Shown here in pieces: positions 61,482 to 64,000 of a stretch of DNA of 64,000 nt. Position numbers and translations under genes: made by a program. The notes below the pieces were generated by a model. The model saw nothing but the letters and a program-made list of their open reading frames with translations. It did no database searches and was not told where the DNA came from. The stretch comes from Polyangiaceae bacterium (GTDB taxonomy: Bacteria; Myxococcota_A; Polyangia; Polyangiales; Polyangiaceae). The stretch spans positions 1,536,001 through 1,600,000 of the forward strand of contig CBDCTZ010000016.1 of NCBI GenBank assembly GCA_965222375.1, read 5' to 3'. How positions within the stretch are numbered: the stretch's first letter is position 1; each line of letters starts with the position of its first letter.

Positions 61482-62015
61482 CTATTCCCTCATTCGCGCC
61501 TTCAGCGCGGCTAGCTCTTCGTCGACCTCTTGTTCTTCGGCTTCACGCGCTTTTCGGCGCGCAAGGGCCTGGCGGGCGCGGGCTTCGCGGATTTGTTCGG
61601 CGCGCTCGTGTCGAGAGTTCTCGTCGCTGCCTTCGTGCGGAGGAAGTTCCTTCACGCCGGCTTTGGCACTCAACTGGGCTGGCTCTTCACGGCTCTCCTT
61701 CTTGCTCGCGAAGCGCTTGCGCAGGCGACTGTAGCCAAACAGGGCCAGCAACCCGACCACGCCGGCCAAGATGAACCATTGCCAGTAGTTGATCACCAGA
61801 CCAACGACGCCGAGCACGATGAGCAGACCGACAACGGCGTAGATGATCAGCTTGGTGCGCCGGCGCTTCGCCTTCGCGGCATCCTCGGCTTCCTGCTGAG
61901 CCTTTTCTTCATCCGTGGAGAGCAGGTCTTCGACGGCACGCTTTGCGGCATTCTTCCCTGCGGCCAGAGCGGCCTGGGTAGCCAGGTCGTCGCTGATTCG
62001 CTTGCGCTCGGCCAT
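61482..62015 (-). CDS. Hypothetical membrane protein
   Basis: Two TM helices; C-terminal VDEELAALKARM. Confidence 0.7.
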   Translation of the reverse strand: MAERKRISDDLATQAALAAGKNAAKRAVEDLLSTDEEKAQQEAEDAAKAKRRRTKLIIYAVVGLLIVLGVVGLVINYWQWFILAGVVGLLALFGYSRLRKRFASKKESREEPAQLSAKAGVKELPPHEGSDENSRHERAEQIREARARQALARRKAREAEEQEVDEELAALKARMRE

Positions 62016-62210
62016 GGGGAATACCTTAGCAGCCGTGCAAAAGGCCTGGACCTGCTTCCACGCCGTGGCTCGGAAACGAGACCCAGGGCTCCCCCGTAGC
62101 TGTTTACGCAGTGTCAACCAATGGTTCCAACTCGGCGCATGCTGTGCGTTGACGGCTTCCATGCCAATTCGTAGGTTGCGGCCTCGTCCCTGAATTTGTC
62201 ACCCAGCAGC

Positions 62211-62669
62211 ATGTTGAAACGGCGCAAAGTCTGGTTGGCGGTCGGGCTGCTCGTGTTGCTCATGTTGCCCTTCTTGGTGGCACACCTGCGCAACGAGTCG
62301 GCGATTGGGGCGAGCCGAGATCAAATGGAATCCAGCTTTGGCAATAGTGCCAGCGTGCTCAAGGCGGATTGGGGCGTCGACAGCCGGGATGACTCTTGCA
62401 TTGCGTTGGTTGCAGTAGCTGTCGCGACGGAGCAGAAGCCGACGCAGCTTGCGGCGCGGCTGCGTGCGGGCGGCCTAAGCGTCGGTGTTGCTTGGAGTGA
62501 GCCGGGCAAACACATGGCAGAGACGCCAGAGGGCCATCGCATCCGGGAGTTGCCTGAGACGGTTCGCAAGCTACTCGACCAATGGTTGGTGATGCCCGAC
62601 GGTGTGAGTCGCGTGGTGGTGTTTCGCTACGCACCGCTGTCGCACAGCTGGGACCCGCGCTGCTTTTAG
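62211..62669 (+). CDS. Hypothetical protein with N-terminal TM helix
   Basis: MLKRRKVWLAVGLLVLLMLPF... Confidence 0.45.
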   Translation: MLKRRKVWLAVGLLVLLMLPFLVAHLRNESAIGASRDQMESSFGNSASVLKADWGVDSRDDSCIALVAVAVATEQKPTQLAARLRAGGLSVGVAWSEPGKHMAETPEGHRIRELPETVRKLLDQWLVMPDGVSRVVVFRYAPLSHSWDPRCF

Positions 62670-62850
62670 CCTGGAGTGCAGTGTGCTGCCCGTCTGTGAT
62701 GCGGATCCATATAGGCCAAAGACAAGGCGATGGAGGCCAAGCTGCGCGCACGCTCTCACGAGCTCAACGGAAAAGCGTGTGAACGTGGAGATGCGTCGGG
62801 CATCGGAGCGGCTTGCCGAAGAGCTTCAGCGGCGAAGTAGCCCCTAGGGT

Positions 62851-63342
62851 CTACAAGATCCTCTGCAGCACCATCACATCGACCCACGCATCGAATTTGC
62901 GGCCTACCTCGCGCCAAGTGCCCGCGGGTGTGAAACCGGCGCGTTCGTGTAGGGCGTGGCTGGCGGGGTTGTCGCCCCCGAGTACTGCCATCAAAACGTG
63001 CACGCCTTGGGCCTTGGCGTGAGCAATCAGCGTGTCGAGCAGCAGGCGCCCGATGCCCTTGCCCCGTGCGTCGACGTCCACGTACACGCTCACTTCCATC
63101 GTGCGCGCGTAGGCGGCCTTCTCTCGGAACTTGGCGTAGTACGCGAAGCCCACGACCTGCTCTTCGAGGGTCGCCGTGAAGAGTGGTCGCTCGGCGTCGA
63201 AAGCCGCAAACCACTGGCGGCGCTCCTCGAGCTTGACCGGCGCCAGGTCGAAGGTCGCGACGCTCGTCGTGACGGCGTGGTTGTAGATGTCGACAATGGC
63301 TTGCAAGTCCGAGGCTTGCGCGTGGCGGATGCTTGGCTGCAC
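62851..63342 (-). CDS. GNAT N-acetyltransferase, phosphinothricin acetyltransferase (YncA/Pat)-like
   Basis: IYNHAV...ATFD, SVYV...RGKGIG, N.AS..LHE..GF, G.KFD.W.D. Confidence 0.9.
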   Translation of the reverse strand: MQPSIRHAQASDLQAIVDIYNHAVTTSVATFDLAPVKLEERRQWFAAFDAERPLFTATLEEQVVGFAYYAKFREKAAYARTMEVSVYVDVDARGKGIGRLLLDTLIAHAKAQGVHVLMAVLGGDNPASHALHERAGFTPAGTWREVGRKFDAWVDVMVLQRIL

Positions 63343-63998
63343 TAGCTGAGCTTACCTTTTCCCAGCAGCAGATTGGCTTCGCGCTTCATCTTGGCCGTGG
63401 CTTTCGAGCGAGACTTGTTTGCTTCCTGAGTGAAGTCTTCGAGGCACTCGCGCGCGCGATCCGGGCGCTGCGCAAGCTCGTGCAGGCGCCCTTCCCAGTA
63501 CAGCGCTTCGACCAAGCCGGGGGCGAGGCGCCTGGCTCTGCGCGCGGCGGCGATGCCGCTGGCCAGATTGCCGCGCCCCAAGCGCATGCGCAGCGCGAAG
63601 GTGGACTTGGCGAACGTCAGTTGGGCGCGCGGGTCTTCCGGACGGCTCTGGGCGTCCTTGGACACTTCGGAGTGGCTTGCGAGCAGCTTGCGTGCCGCGC
63701 GGCGGTCCCGACGGCAGTTCTGACAGTCGATGGCAGTGGAGCTCTCGAAGAATTTCAGGGTCTCGTACCAATGGCGCTGCTCTTTCGCGCTGAACACGAA
63801 GGTTCGGTGGCAGGTTTGGCAGCGTCGCTCGATGTCCACATAGAAGAGGTGTGGGCCGCCCAGACCGAAGACTTGGCGCAAGGGCGAGCCACGCACGGAG
63901 CCCGGAGGCAGCTTCTTCATCTCGCCGGGTTCGAGTTCGTAGGTGTACCAGGTGGCCGGGTGCCCGCGAACCTGGCGCACACGCAGCTCGCCATAGCG
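63342..63998 (-). CDS. Probable zinc-ribbon domain protein with TPR-like tail (5' end off the window)
   Basis: YVDIERRCQTCHRTFVFSAKEQRHWYE...CQNCR; frame open to the right edge. Confidence 0.7.
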   Translation of the reverse strand, partial: RYGELRVRQVRGHPATWYTYELEPGEMKKLPPGSVRGSPLRQVFGLGGPHLFYVDIERRCQTCHRTFVFSAKEQRHWYETLKFFESSTAIDCQNCRRDRRAARKLLASHSEVSKDAQSRPEDPRAQLTFAKSTFALRMRLGRGNLASGIAAARRARRLAPGLVEALYWEGRLHELAQRPDRARECLEDFTQEANKSRSKATAKMKREANLLLGKGKLS

Positions 63999-64000
63999 TG

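Overview
This is high-GC sequence whose gene content points to a myxobacterium (Polyangiaceae-like): many Gly/Cys-rich lipoproteins, three Ser/Thr kinases and an FHA-sigma54 activator. Recognisable genes are a partial His-Xaa-Ser radical SAM gene (hxsB-like) at the left edge, DUF808, two Uma2 nucleases, two GNATs, a SIMPL protein and a double-length uvrA (44612-49924). The main anomaly is the ~20 kb upstream of uvrA. Four dead copies of the uvrA 5' end, three breaking at the same codon and bracketed by an inverted GGGAGTAGTGGCCC-core repeat, separate accessory cassettes. The cassettes carry a duplicated S8 protease plus mosaic Cys-rich lipoproteins, a trypsin/FG-GAP protein, and an XRE-peptidase/PIN/HNH defence-like trio. 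Both S8 copies have a (CCAAGCAG)3 repeat that puts the RBS-linked ATG out of frame. An internally deleted IS110 sits inside one copy of the same repeat family. A MerB-like ORF has TGA at the catalytic Cys position (candidate selenoprotein, apparently truncated). All calls come from reading motifs by eye; no database searches were run.
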